A DNA stretch of 63,095 bases, the filler included, from Sphacelaria rigidula (Eukaryota), in assembly GCA_964200075.2 (NCBI GenBank). It is 10 parts of 10 records of this genome, joined end to end, with 100 filler letters (N's around TTAATTAATTAA, not from the genome) between each part and the next. Parts side by side here need not be neighbours in the genome. Positions count along the whole stretch, not along the records: positions 37,920 to 44,138 come from CAXNAA020021434.1; positions 44,239 to 50,457 come from CAXNAA020021435.1; 8 more parts are not named here. The stretch is one strand, 5' to 3'. The notes beneath the pieces were generated by a model. That model had not been told where the DNA came from and searched no databases. It saw nothing but the letters and a program-made list of their open reading frames with translations. Of the stretch, positions 37,920-49,727 are shown piece by piece (position 1 is the first letter of the stretch; each line of letters begins with the position of its first letter). The position numbers were made by a program, and so were the translations under genes.

Positions 37920-38850
37920 TCCCTTTTGGGCAATCAGGCAGAAAAAATCGTGAATTTGGTGATTTTGAGTCGTGATAATTTGTCCTAACCGTGCACATTT
38001 TACAAGTATCGCTACCCCTAACCCTCACCCCAACCCAACGAATACCGAGAACCCTCGGGCAAGCCCGCATCGCGGTCTACGGGTTAGCCGCCGTTGGGCT
38101 ACAAATGCTCATGGTTGACACATTACTTGATTGGAGTGTGCACAACGAGAATCGGATCTTAAGTAGGGCTGACAGTCCCGTGTGCTCCTCGCGTGCGCAG
38201 GACGCGTTTTCGTTCAGATCGGCGCTATAGGCGCCGATTTGGGATCTACCAAAGATACTTGTACAATGTGTCGACCATGAACATTTGTAGCCCAGCGCCG
38301 GTTAACCCTTGAACCACGATGCGGGCAGTCCATCTGGAAGACATATACTTTTTTCAGGTGACCTGTATCCTCGCGGTCAAAGGGTTAACTAGCCTCAAAA
38401 CGTAATTTTCAACCGAAAATGATGCCGATTCCGCAGGTGACCTATCCTAGCAGTCAAAGGGGTAACTTGAACCCAGATGGCTCAAATGTCAATTGGAGTC
38501 GAAGGGTTGAACTTTGCGGCCGGTTGTGGGGAGAGGTTATAATCTCCAAATATTTTTACTTCGCTCAGACACTTGGAGGGTTTCAAGGTTCGGATGAATC
38601 ATCGCCGGTTCGAATAACGAAACGTGCGAATTTTCAAGCTTTACTGCTCGAAAGACGGAAAAAAGTTGACCGCTGGTCAAGAAAGGTCTCCACTCAATTT
38701 TTGCGCCATTCCACGTCCCTGGGCCGCGCGTACCCGGGTTGCAACGCTGAAAACAAAGCTTGAGGATTGATTCTTACCCTACTAATTAATAGCACTAAAA
38801 TCAAGTAATTCCCAGACGGATGAGTAATTCGCTCCGACCCTTGGAGGGTT
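37920..38850 (+). mobile_element. Family C long-TIR element (interior plus right TIR 38659-38850)
   Basis: Contig begins with the sequence that follows the left TIR at 4416; the right arm is the reverse complement of 4224-4415. Confidence 0.65.
38063..38326. repeat. Nested ~62-bp inverted repeat (38063-38124 / 38265-38326)
   Basis: GCCCGCATCG.GGT...GGGTTA.CCG..G.TGGGCTACAAATG.TCATGGT.GACACATT in both orientations. Confidence 0.85.
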
Positions 38851-39923
38851 TCCCGCACCAAAGCGGCTGACTGGCCATGGTATGTGCGCTGTAAAAACAT
38901 CAGCTATAAAGAAATCAAATTGTGCAGCAGGCGGCGATATCTTGAGTCAATGATCGATGCGACCAGCAGCAGATGCACAGATAGACAGCTCAAGTGTCAG
39001 AGAACATACCATCGGCCGTGGTGGGAGCACAACTTTGTTTTGCTCGGGTGGACAGACAGGTGGACACAGGTCATGAGCAAGCATCAGCACACGAAAATAC
39101 CTTACCCTAAATAGGCATCAGGTGGAGTAAAAGTAAGGTCTCTTCTGAAACGATCTCCTAGATCCAAGTTTATTGTAGTACTGTACACCAAAAAGGTAAA
39201 GGAGATCAAATATCGCGGAGAACGGCACAAAGTCGTTCGTGGGTGTACCGCGCAGCGGTACAGTGTGCAGCAGCCAAGAGCTTCTAAATCGATACGTGAT
39301 GGCACAAGCTGCATGGGCAATAATGGGCAGTCCATGTGCCGCTCAGCGCACCTGTCATCGCCATTAGGGCTGAGGTCTAATGGTCTCAATGTGCAATGCT
39401 CTGCTTTCATGGTGCGTAGTAAAAGCATGAATCACCGATCGAACTCAAATTTTCCCGAACGAGCTTTGGCCTTCGAAGAAATACCGTCCCCGGTCGCTGC
39501 ATGGCTCATGGATGGAGCTTTTGTGACTCGTGAGGAGCTTCTACTCCGCAACCTGTACCTGGTACTGATGTTGCCCGTGCTGTGGTGCCTGTGCTGTACG
39601 GTGCTGCAGTACGACATCGTGTTGAATGCTGCACGGTACCCTCTGTACTCTAGCTATACTTGTTTTGCCGACATTTTCGAATGCACTGCCCAAGCGTTGC
39701 CAAATCTTTTAGTTGCTTCAGGGTAGCCTCGGGTGGGGTTGACTGCCTGACTAACCACGTTGTTTCCGAACATAGCCTCACAAACAAGTCTTTTCAGTCA
39801 ACATACCTGCAGTAGTGCCATTTTTCTGATGATCTGGAAGCAGATTTCTATTTCAATGGCGGTTACGGGACTCGAAACGTGTCCTTGAATTAACTTGACA
39901 CAACTTATTTTGCGCACTCAGCC

Positions 39924-40300
39924 GGTCGCCCCGGTGGCCCAGTTAGTTACGTCAAAACCTTCTGATGGTGGGGTCGTCGGTTCGGATCTCGGTGCAGTCA
40001 CACGATCTGGGATTTTTTCCTCACACTATGCCCACCAGATGAGAGCGACTGTGCCGTGGGTACATGAAAATTCGACTTTACGGTCGACGAGGGAAAGGGA
40101 GTGCTGAACCCCTCTTGCGATAGCAAAGAAGTCAAGCACCGCAAAAGAAGGGTGGGGTACTGATATCAAAGAAATTTGAGAACAAAACTCCTGTGTTGGC
40201 CTTCCTCTTGTGTGACCTCGGCTGATGCGCCCACATATACCGACAGGTGTAAGCTGTCGTCTAGAGTAGATGGGACAACACACACAACACACACACCAAT
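39924..40300 (+). mobile_element. tRNA-derived SINE, ~375 bp, intronic
   Basis: A box TGGCCCAGTTAG, B box GGTTCGGATC; body colinear with 59648-60020; CA-rich 3' end. Confidence 0.8.
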
Positions 40301-40957
40301 TCGAAAGTGGGGAGTCAGCTTTTTTAAAATGACCTTGACATCCCAGCAAGGCACGGCGCCAAGAATGACACGGGACACCCCTACTCAACTGTAGCATCCG
40401 CTGTACAGACAGTACGTAACAGGCTATACTGCCCCCCGCAGGTACTGGAACAGTGCTAGATGACAGTAGGACTAGGTACAGCAGCGCGCTATATCAGCAA
40501 AAAGCTCTAATCTATACCCCGACTCTCTGTTCCATAGGGAAAGTACCCCCTTGGTGAGGTGATACATCGTGCCGGCCTCTAGTGCACGACAAACATGGCA
40601 GTAATTGTGATTTCCCCGCGAAGCAGTTGACCCCTGGTCGTTTCGGTGAAATTGCCGCTTTAGGATAGGTGTCAAGTGCACGAGACCGAATCTCACGGAA
40701 GTGACAAATCGACAGTTGACCGTGCTTTGTACTGTGTCCAGATTCAGGAGCAGAAATGTCTGTACGTTGGATACGCAATCGATCGTTTTGGAAAACACGC
40801 TGACAATAATCGTGGCGCTTGCCTGGACCGAGGGCACATTCCCCAGTGCACACCAACAGCGAACAACGAACATAATACATTGGGTTCCGTCAGAGGGAAC
40901 AAGCACCACCTCTCCCCGACAAGCTCTTTTTCCCCTCTCCCCGACCCTGTTCCCCAG

Positions 40958-43759
40958 GAAACTCGCTCTAAAGTACCACCCGGACAAGAACCAAGACAAC
41001 ACCGAGTGGGCCTCCAAAAAATTCCAAGACGTGGCGGAGGCTTATGAGGTCCTGTCGGACTCAGAAAAGCGCTCCATCTACGACCAGTTTGGGGAAGAAG
41101 GGCTGAAGCACGGAGCCGGCGACCCCAGCGGCGGTGGCGGATTCCCAGGCGGCGGATTCCCAGGCGGAGGGTTCCCCGGCGGCGGGTTCGGCGGCGGCGG
41201 CGGAACGAGATTCCACTTCAATGCGGGAGACGCGCAGAGGACGTTCGAGCAGTTCTTTCGCGAGGGCGGTCCAGGAGGTGCGTTGATATCGACAGCGCAA
41301 AGCGCGTTCAGATGGGTCGAGGAGACGATGCAGCAAAATCCGCAGTACATGTGGTTGCAGCAGGAGCATCCAGACCTTTTGCGCTTTATTCGCGTTGCCT
41401 TGATCGAAATTCGCCAAACCGTCGTCTCTCTCGGGCGCTTGGCATTCCGGCAAAGCCACCAGTTTTCGCGGTGGGCGTCTCGGCACAGCCACCGGTTCAC
41501 GAGGTGGATGTTTGAGCAAGGCCGCCAGTTTACAGAGTGGTGCTGCGACTACCCGCCGAAGGAAACTCGGCGAGGTGCGCGGTTGGGGGCGGTGCGGTGC
41601 GGTGGACGGGGGGATTGTAATTGGTGGAGGCGGACAGTACAGACTAGTTTCACGTTCGCACGGACAATATTTTCACATCTGCAATAGCTGCAGTTTGGTG
41701 AAGCGTATTATTCGTCGTCTTATGTATATATATATACATACATATGGATCCGTCTTATCGAGATGGAAAAATAAAAAACGAGAATGAGGGTTGTGCAGAT
41801 GAGAATGATTACGACGAACAGCCCACGCGTGGCAACCACTTTACGTTCCCTTGTGCATTATTATCGGATTGTTCCTCCGTTTCCGTCAAAATTATTATTT
41901 TTTGTTCAGGTGTTTGTGAGAACGGAGGGGTAATCCGATGACAATGGCAAAAGGGAACGTAAAATGGTTGTTGCTACTCGTGGTTTGTTGGTCATGATCA
42001 TTCACAATTCTCATGCATTTGCCCCAAGATCTCACTCTCATTTTTTTTTCTTTCGTTGACCCTTCGAGCGCCACGGGGTAGATCATCTCATGATTTGGCG
42101 TCACTTTCAATTCCCGCGTGATCCACATAACTTACCGTGGCGGTCAATGGTCCAAGACTTGGCGTAACCTCTGATAGGGAGGGTTGTTGGGAGGAGGCAG
42201 GGGCAGAAACTTTGAGGCGGTGTTACTCATCGTGCCCCGGCCTCGACATGGCAGCGACCCTCTAGTGACTACTATCAAACTCGCATTCGCACCTGCACTC
42301 GCAACGGCTTGTATCCTTGCCACATCGCTGACCTCTTTTGGCCTCGTCCCCATCGCTCAATTGACGACTGCCTGTCGCAGGTGACTTTTTCGGCGGCGGT
42401 GCCGGTGGCGGTGGCTTCCCAGGTGGCTTCGATGGATTTGGAGGATTTGGTGGTGGCGGATTCGGGGGAGGGTTCGGCGGGGGCGGGGGCAGGCAGCAAC
42501 AGCCGCAGGACCCATACCCCAAGGGATCCAAGGTTGGCAAGCTGTACGAGACAAAGTTCCCCAAGAAAGGTTCTGCACACGTCTGGCTGGTGAGTTCTTG
42601 ACAGCGTTTGACACGAATCTCGCCAGCATCCCGCCCGTATCAAATTATGGTCCGCGAAACAGGGGTGTGGCCTCGGAAGGAGTCGTGGTTGAATGAGATC
42701 CACCCTCTATGAGTTGTACGTGAGGGCACGCTGGGTGCAAGAAGAGTTTGCCGCAAATAAGCACTGTGTTTTGTATAATGGTATGGATGCAAGATCCGTT
42801 CGCCCCAATGGTGGTATGCGTATTAACGTGTGTGCAGATTTTTTGTTTGTTCTGAACAAGTCGCTGTTTTCACCTGTACTTCGGTTGGTACTCGACGTGG
42901 GCTGTCCCCATTTGATGACCTGGTGTTTTTTTTTAGCCTTGATTAATGACGAAACACAGGTTTTTGTCCATCGCAGGTTTGCATTCTGATGGTATCGTCG
43001 GCACCGAGCTCCGAGAGACAAACTCCTGCCTGCTGTTACGCTACTGTTGATTTTCCGTCTTTGAAAACTGATTGACAATGTACGCGTCCCGATTTATGTG
43101 CCGCGCTCCGTGTAGATATCATCGTTTGGAACCCGTCTTGACCGTCAAGGCAGGCTAGCTGTTCGTGCAGTAACTATTTCAACGGAATCGGTGCTAAGTC
43201 AACAAGTGACGTATTGTCGCGGTCAAAAGTTTAGACAAGATAACAACGAGAGCGGAAGAAATAAGAGGGCTCAAGAAGCCGCATGTTGATTGTTTGCGGC
43301 GACCGGTCAACATGCGGCGTTTGGGCGCTTCTCTTTCCTGACCTTTCCTTGATGGCTCCATTAAGATGGATCCTTAGACCCAGGGTCAAAAAGTCCAAGG
43401 TCACGACGGAAACTAAACCTGGCGATGAATGTTGGCTTTTGGGGTACGACCACCTTTCAGATATTCATATTCAAATATTCTCTTCAATTTCCTGCCACCT
43501 GTGCATTTCGTTAGATGGAGAGATGGCAAGCCACGCTACACTAGTGTCAACCTCACACCCCTGTATAGCCGTTTATGTGAAATTTGCAACCTAACCGACT
43601 GGTTCACTCATTTTCTTCAAGTAACGCTGCGTACGATAACCCCATTCTATCATTTGATGGCGTTTACAGGTTCACTTTTACTCGCCGCACAGTCGCGAGT
43701 GCAGTCAGTTAGCTCCGACCATGGAGCGGCTGGCAGAAGGACTACACGGGGTCGCGAAG
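40958..43759 (+). CDS. DnaJ + G/F-rich + thioredoxin-like protein (ERdj3A/ERdj5-like), partial; exons 40958-41277 (or -41574), 42381-42589, 43670-43759
   Basis: [41 protein letters not shown] junctions are phase-compatible and splice to ...[34 protein letters not shown]. Confidence 0.92.
41765..42055. repeat. Imperfect intronic foldback (~120-135-bp arms)
   Basis: CAACCACTTTACGTTCCCTTGTGCATTATTATCGGATTGTTCCTCCGTT vs AACGGAGGGGTAATCCGATGACAATGGCAAAAGGGAACGTAAAATGGTTG. Confidence 0.8.
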
Positions 43760-43917
43760 GTGCGTTGGACAAGCTTGTGGTGTTCCCGCAACGAGTATAC
43801 TGTAAAGTATCATATATGCCTGACCTCTTGCGTACGCGTGCGTAGACTGTTGTTCAAGAGGGATCGAACTATCCGCACAGAGTTAATTGAGTCGAAGTTT
43901 CTGCTTATGCTTCTCTT

Positions 43918-44075
43918 TGGGGGAGGGGGGGAAGCGTACTCATTTGTTGCTGCCTTGGTCGTTTGGCCATTGACCACGCATCCCTTTCGAGACGGATCAC
44001 CCTTCCTACTCTCAATAGACACCTCCAACATTCCGGCGCTCATTACGTTTCTTCCATTCATTACACAGAAACCTT
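43918..44075 (-). repeat. Dispersed repeat family G
   Basis: Reverse complement of 60765-60925 (GGAAGAAACGTAATGAGCGCCGGAAT.TTGGAGGTGTCT...); partial third copy at ~60295-60392. Confidence 0.8.
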
Positions 44076-44238
44076 AGAACCTTGAGGGGAGGGGGGCAGG
44101 GGGGGGGGGGGGAGGCGTGTACTTCGTGTTATTGAATGNNNNNNNNNNNNNNNNNNNNNNNNNNNNNNNNNNNNNNNNNNNNTTAATTAATTAANNNNNN
44201 NNNNNNNNNNNNNNNNNNNNNNNNNNNNNNNNNNNNNN

Positions 44239-44345
44239 GTACCTGGGTTGCAACGCTGAAATAAAGCCGAGGGATTGATTCGTCACGAGTCTACTCATCA
44301 TACTAAAACCAAGTAATTTCCTGACGACTCATTATTTGTCCGACA
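44239..44345 (-). mobile_element. Family C TIR fragment
   Basis: GTACCTGGGTTGCAACGCTGAAA...CAAGTAATTT matches 38730-38830. Confidence 0.7.
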
Positions 44346-45229
44346 CTTGCTACTTTGCCTCCAGCCGATCAGTGGTGGGATCCACCATGAGATAGTGCCG
44401 ACCGCGAGCGAGAACATCATCACCGGACACAATCACTTCGCCATGGCACAAGCAGACGTCCGAGGCGCATTACCTCCACGGAGCGCTCATCATCTTGATC
44501 ACTGTGAACGTTGGACAATACCTTGTGCCCCCCAAACATCAGTCGCAACTCGCAAGAAGCTTTCGAAATACAATGATGCTTATACATGTCCATTTTTTCT
44601 GCAACAACGGAATACATGAGACGAAGACCTGGAAAACGATTCACGCTTTCTACACAATGAGGATACACCCTCCCACACAAAACAAACCCTCAAAAATATA
44701 CATACAACATGCGTGATGGACATCAATACACTTGAGAGCTCACACTATTTTGGCAGTGAAATGCAATAACTGGCTGAACGCGTGGATCTAGACGCCCATG
44801 AATACAACGAAGACTTGTAAAACACAGGTTTCAGATCACCGTGCCCCGAACCACTTCAAGTGTCCCACGCCCATTTCTCACCCCGTCCACGAGAAAACAG
44901 CGAAAAAGCTGGCAGACGCATGCTTGTTTACGCAGACACTCTGAAACGTGTAAACGTATAGAGTACAACCGGCAACCACTGTCATGGCCGACCTGAGTGA
45001 TCTCCGAGAAGGAGGCGAACCACGCCTCAAAGTACAGTATAGATCACCGTGGCCTAAACAACACGGGTGCCGCCTTTTGCTTTACACCACCCCACGAAAG
45101 GAGTACGACGCAGCGATTGGCGGTCGGCCATCGCCACATCAAGAACAATGTTTACCTTCTCGAAGACCCGTGACCAATGGTTCAATAGTCAAGGCACGAG
45201 AAACATGAGCAGTCCCGCCCCCCGCTTCA

Positions 45230-45960
45230 TCACCGGGTGATGGGCGGGATCACCAGACTGGGTGGCAGATGGAACCCCGTCCTCGCCACGACCCGTGCGT
45301 GAAAGAGTTGGGCCGATATCGCGGGGGCTACAGCCACCGCTGTGGCCGTGTCACCTCTGTGGTATCGCACTCCAGCAGAAGCGCGACCAGCCAGGTCGTT
45401 GTAGGACTTGCCGTCCAGGAGCCCGAAACCCCGCTTGGGGTAGGCGAGTCGCCTACCCGGAGCACACGTGCCGACATGAAGCCCAAAGCCCCCTTTCTTG
45501 TAGCAAATCACCTTGCCACGAAATTTCTACTGCGCCTCCACGCCGCGGGTGTCAGGTGCTTTCGCCGCGTCCACGGCGGCGGCCACCGCCGTCGCCGCGT
45601 CGCATCTGCGGTATCGCAATCTCACACGAGCGCGACCAGGCAAGTGATCGTTGGACTTGCCGCCCAAGAGTCCGAAACCCCGCTTGGGGTAGGCGATACG
45701 CCTACCCGAAGCCAAAGTGCCGGTGTGAAGCCCAAAGCCTCCTTTTTTGTAGATAATACATTTGCCTTGAGATTGCTGATGCGGATCCACGCTGCAGGTG
45801 TCAGGCAACTTCGCCGCGTCCGCCGTGGCGGCGGCGCCGGCGGCGGTGGGGGACTCGGCGGCCGCCTCAAATTGGAACTCGGGGCCCACGCTCCCCATTC
45901 TCCCGACGGCAGGGGCGTCCACATACTCGGAGGAAGCGGATATCTGCTGCATCGGTCGTG
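45230..45960 (-). pseudogene. Tandemly duplicated 83-aa domain (249-bp period) with an in-frame TAG; weakly cold-shock/OB-fold-like
   Basis: GK..I/CYKKGGFGLH.GT...GRR.AYPKRGFGLL.GKS twice; ORFs 45527-45982 and 45230-45511 are in the same frame; GC3-rich codons on this strand. Confidence 0.5.
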
Positions 45961-46142
45961 AGGCGTGTTCCACATGAAGCATACGAAAACGTGTTGCGGA
46001 TCAGGGGGACGGGAGCGGGGGCGGGGGCGGGGTGGGATAGTGTATACCGTCGGAAATTTGGATATCGAGTGCACGGGGGCACATACCATAATAATGAAGA
46101 CAAAAATAACGAGAAGAATAGCGCACCATGCATCTGTCCAAA

Positions 46143-46420
46143 AAGTTATACCACGGTAGGGGTGCACTTTTTGGTTCTAGGGTTCTCTTTATTGTAGGAG
46201 CACAAATGTCTGAAGTTCACTGTGCAGCCCTAATCCTTTGGGGACCGGAATCCTAAGAAACATGGTGTTTTCACGCAGGATCCTTTTCGGAATCGGCATC
46301 ATTTTCAGCATTTTACGAGTAAATATGATGCCGATCTATAAAATGTCCTCCCCCCCAACACCCCGAGTAGCCCCGAGACCTCTTTCGGCCAAAACAATGC
46401 ACCCCTACCGTGACATTGTC
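46143..46420. mobile_element. MITE related to family A (shared TIR core, different interior)
   Basis: CACGGTAGGGGTGCA at 46152 and TGCACCCCTACCGTG at 46398. Confidence 0.7.
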
Positions 46421-48540
46421 ATGAAGACGCATATTAGTCTCTTGATGCCACTTCAGACCCGTTGTCGATTCTAGCCATGGCGTGCTTTTGTTCCGGAGAC
46501 TACACGTCTGTTCAGAGTTGGTCGGATACGAATGTGAACCTGTATAATCACAGGAATGATACGGGCTTTGTTCGCTGTAGCCATGAACAAACCCCCCTGA
46601 TGAGCACTACCAACTGCTCCCATCTGCTAGCCAGCAAATGGAAGTCTAACCATCGGTGAGAGATATTGGCTGGTCTGGGTTGGATTGATTGAGTGGTATC
46701 GGAGTTAGAATCAAGATATTTAAGAGAGAAGTCCAAGAACCTATTTGCGTGAACCTTGTCTAACATCTGGATATTGAGCGGGTTATACGGCCTTCTGCAC
46801 GTTGTAACAGTCTGACGATTGTACACTTGCCTGCCAAGCTTGTGCCTTGGGTTGCAAGCTGTGTCCTTGCATTATACAGCCGCTTGCTCTTTATTACATT
46901 GGCGTCGACGGTAGGAACTTTCTCTCTGATTATTGCGTTTCTTTCTTGTACCGATTTGTATCCCTGGCTGCCAGCTGTGTACTCCAGCTTTTTGATCATA
47001 TGCCCCCTTTCCCCCTTCAGGACGGTTTTAGTCAAACCTACCGCAAGGTAGTCAGTAGCTCTACAAGCTTCTGCCCCGAGTGTCTCTCGGTAAAGTATTT
47101 GTGCCCAGCTACTTGCAATTGCTGTAGCGCTCGACGGCACATCTAGTGCGGCCAACGTGGGGTCAACGCGCACTGCTTGCTATTCTGCCGTGCTGTCAAT
47201 TTGACATCACCTGCACCGGGCTACACGATTCGGTCCGCCTGTACGTTGCGATCTTTCGTGATTCACCAGCCCGGTACGGCCACCGCACGAAGCCATCGTT
47301 GGCTCGTGTATTTGGTCTTGTGGCCCCCCTTCCTTCTACAGAATAAGCCTTCTACTACAGGTTTGTACAGAACACCAGTGCACAAAGGCGCACTGTTGTT
47401 CATCGCGAGCCGCTGTTCCTGATCTGAGCTCTTGCCAAGCCGGCACGCTGCTGCTCATATTTTTCCGTATCGATTGTACGCGACTGTTGTATCTTTTCTT
47501 CACGAAATTACTGAACAAGTACAAACCGTGCTCACACAGTGTGATAATGGACATCTGTACACGAACTTTGGATTGTTCCGGCCCTTTACCTTCGTTGCTC
47601 GTAGCTGCCTTGTTGTTGTTGTAGCTTTAGCTTTTTTGCTGGTGGCTACTTTGTTCTTGTTGTCCTCTTGTGTACTTCGCACAACCGTAAGGCAACGAAC
47701 GCGGCACATCACCGTGAGTAACAATACCCAGCGTATCGTACTGTAAGTTTTCCCCCCTTTGACCCCTTCTCGAACGAACAAATTTGTTGTTTCGAGACGG
47801 TTTCGTGGAAATACTACTAGTTGAAATATTTCAACCTACGTTACGTGCTCATTTGAACAAACAGCACCTGAAATCGGTGCCCCTTGACTGTGCACTACAT
47901 TTTTCGGCACCGCCCTCAGCGTTGTCCTTGCTGCGCAAATTTTGTGTGCATCATACGTTGCCTCGACTTCGTTGGATAACTAGCCTTCGCTCTGCACTAC
48001 GCAGCCAGATTTCGCGGCCCCATACCCAAGCTTTGTAAACGATTTTGCGCTGCATCGCACTGTGCAACTTTCGTGCGCATCTGAAAGCGAAAAATTTCAG
48101 TTGCACACCGCCAGTTGCTCCTCAGCCTGTCCCATGATAATACAGTTGTAGTCTGCCTGTCACGCACACCCGGAACACGTGTAGGTTTCACGACTTCCAC
48201 GTACCAAAGTTGCTGCAGACAATCGGGTCCCCGTTGTTTTCTTCGACGACATACGTCTATTCTGTGCACAATTTCGAGCTCCGTTGATAGCCCTAACCGC
48301 CACAACCTTAATAAAGTTGTACTGACCAGACCCCGGACATAGTTGTTACATACAGCGATTCGCTGGAATAAATTGCTCACGCACATCGGGTTCCACGGTC
48401 CCCGCAGGCGCTATTAGACTTCATTATCCAGTAATTCCGGATATAAGCTCCGACTTTCGCACGTAGCAGCTCGTTTGTCACGTTCCTTTAATTAGAGCTC
48501 ACAGACCAGACATACTGCACCTGCCTTTTTGAAATAGAGG

Positions 48541-49727
48541 TTGCGTACTAATATCATGTCGCACAACAGTATCGCTGGCTCCTCCCCTCAATTGGGAAAC
48601 CAATCGCTTCGCCGGTCCCGAAGCCAGACTACAAGCGGTTTGAAATCATTTAAGATGAGCGGCACGCGACCTTCAACGCATCGCCGCACGTATGCGAGCG
48701 CTGTTCGTTCTTCGGGATCTGAAGACCAACATTCGAGCGAAGCTCGTTCTTCAAGGCTTGAAGACCAGACTTCGACGCCGAGACCTGTTCTCTCACGTTC
48801 CAAACCGAACTCAGAGAACATGGTAGTGCAACCGGCCGAGTCATTGGGTCCTGACGCGCATGTCAGTGATCCCATAACGGTGGATTCCGTCGCACACCCC
48901 TCGCTGGCCCCTGTTCTCCCGAATCCCAATATGGAATCCGGAGTCAGGATTGTGCCCTCAGTCGAGTCGTTGCCCCTGGACACACGTGTCCAGCTCGGCC
49001 CTGCCACGGTTGCTTCAACCATGGCACCCCGTCGCTTGACGGCTGACAACTCTCGAGACGATTCTGTCCCGACGAAGCGCATCGCTTCTGGAGCAAGAGA
49101 CTTTGTCACATGGGCTGCTTCCGGCACGGACCCCCTTCGCACGACTCTTGATAGTCCCAGGCGCCCTACTGCGCAGTCCAATGTCGGACCTGCAGTTGCG
49201 GCCATGCATGCTGCCATGCAAACTCTGCATCGCACCTCCTCGGTGTCATCGCCATCGCCAGCGCCACTCTCATCGAGGCATTTACGGCCTTTTGCCACGC
49301 CACGCTCCAAGACCAGTCGGCGTCTGCTCATGTGCAATTCAATGATGATTCTGCACCTGCCACGCCCAAACTCGTACGTCTACCGACCCGTTCGGCGACA
49401 TCGCGTCCTCCGTTCGTCACTCATGATAAATTCAACGAACATAAGTTCAGCCCTTCCTCAACGTCGCAACAGAGCCATACTCGTGCTTCTGACCGGCGCC
49501 GCAAACCGAGACTTGGTCATGACCATGTCTCCCGTTCTGGCAGTTCTAAGGGCCACTCCCAGCAAAGCTTGAATTCATCGCGTGCTTCCACACGCCCGAA
49601 GAATATCGCTCATGGACACAAATCTGGAGACAGTTCACGCCATACTTCCAATTCATCTCGCGCTCCAAAGCGCCCAGTGATGGCTAACCATGGCCGTACT
49701 CACGAGGATGCCTTGCGGCCCAGATAA
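48541..49727 (+). pseudogene. Ser/Arg/Pro-rich intronless ORF with a probable frameshift near 49330; possibly a retrotransposon ORF1/gag N-terminus
   Basis: 343-aa and 131-aa overlapping ORFs of similar composition; no diagnostic motif. Confidence 0.3.

Noticed and set aside
40701..40957. N-terminal part of the 328-aa ORF as real protein
   Set aside because: Ends in a polypyrimidine tract plus CAG; it is intron, and the J-domain begins mid-domain at 40958
46500..48400. Possible Mutator/SWIM transposase remnant on the minus strand
   Set aside because: Coding-like fragments, but DDE and SWIM motifs could not be identified convincingly
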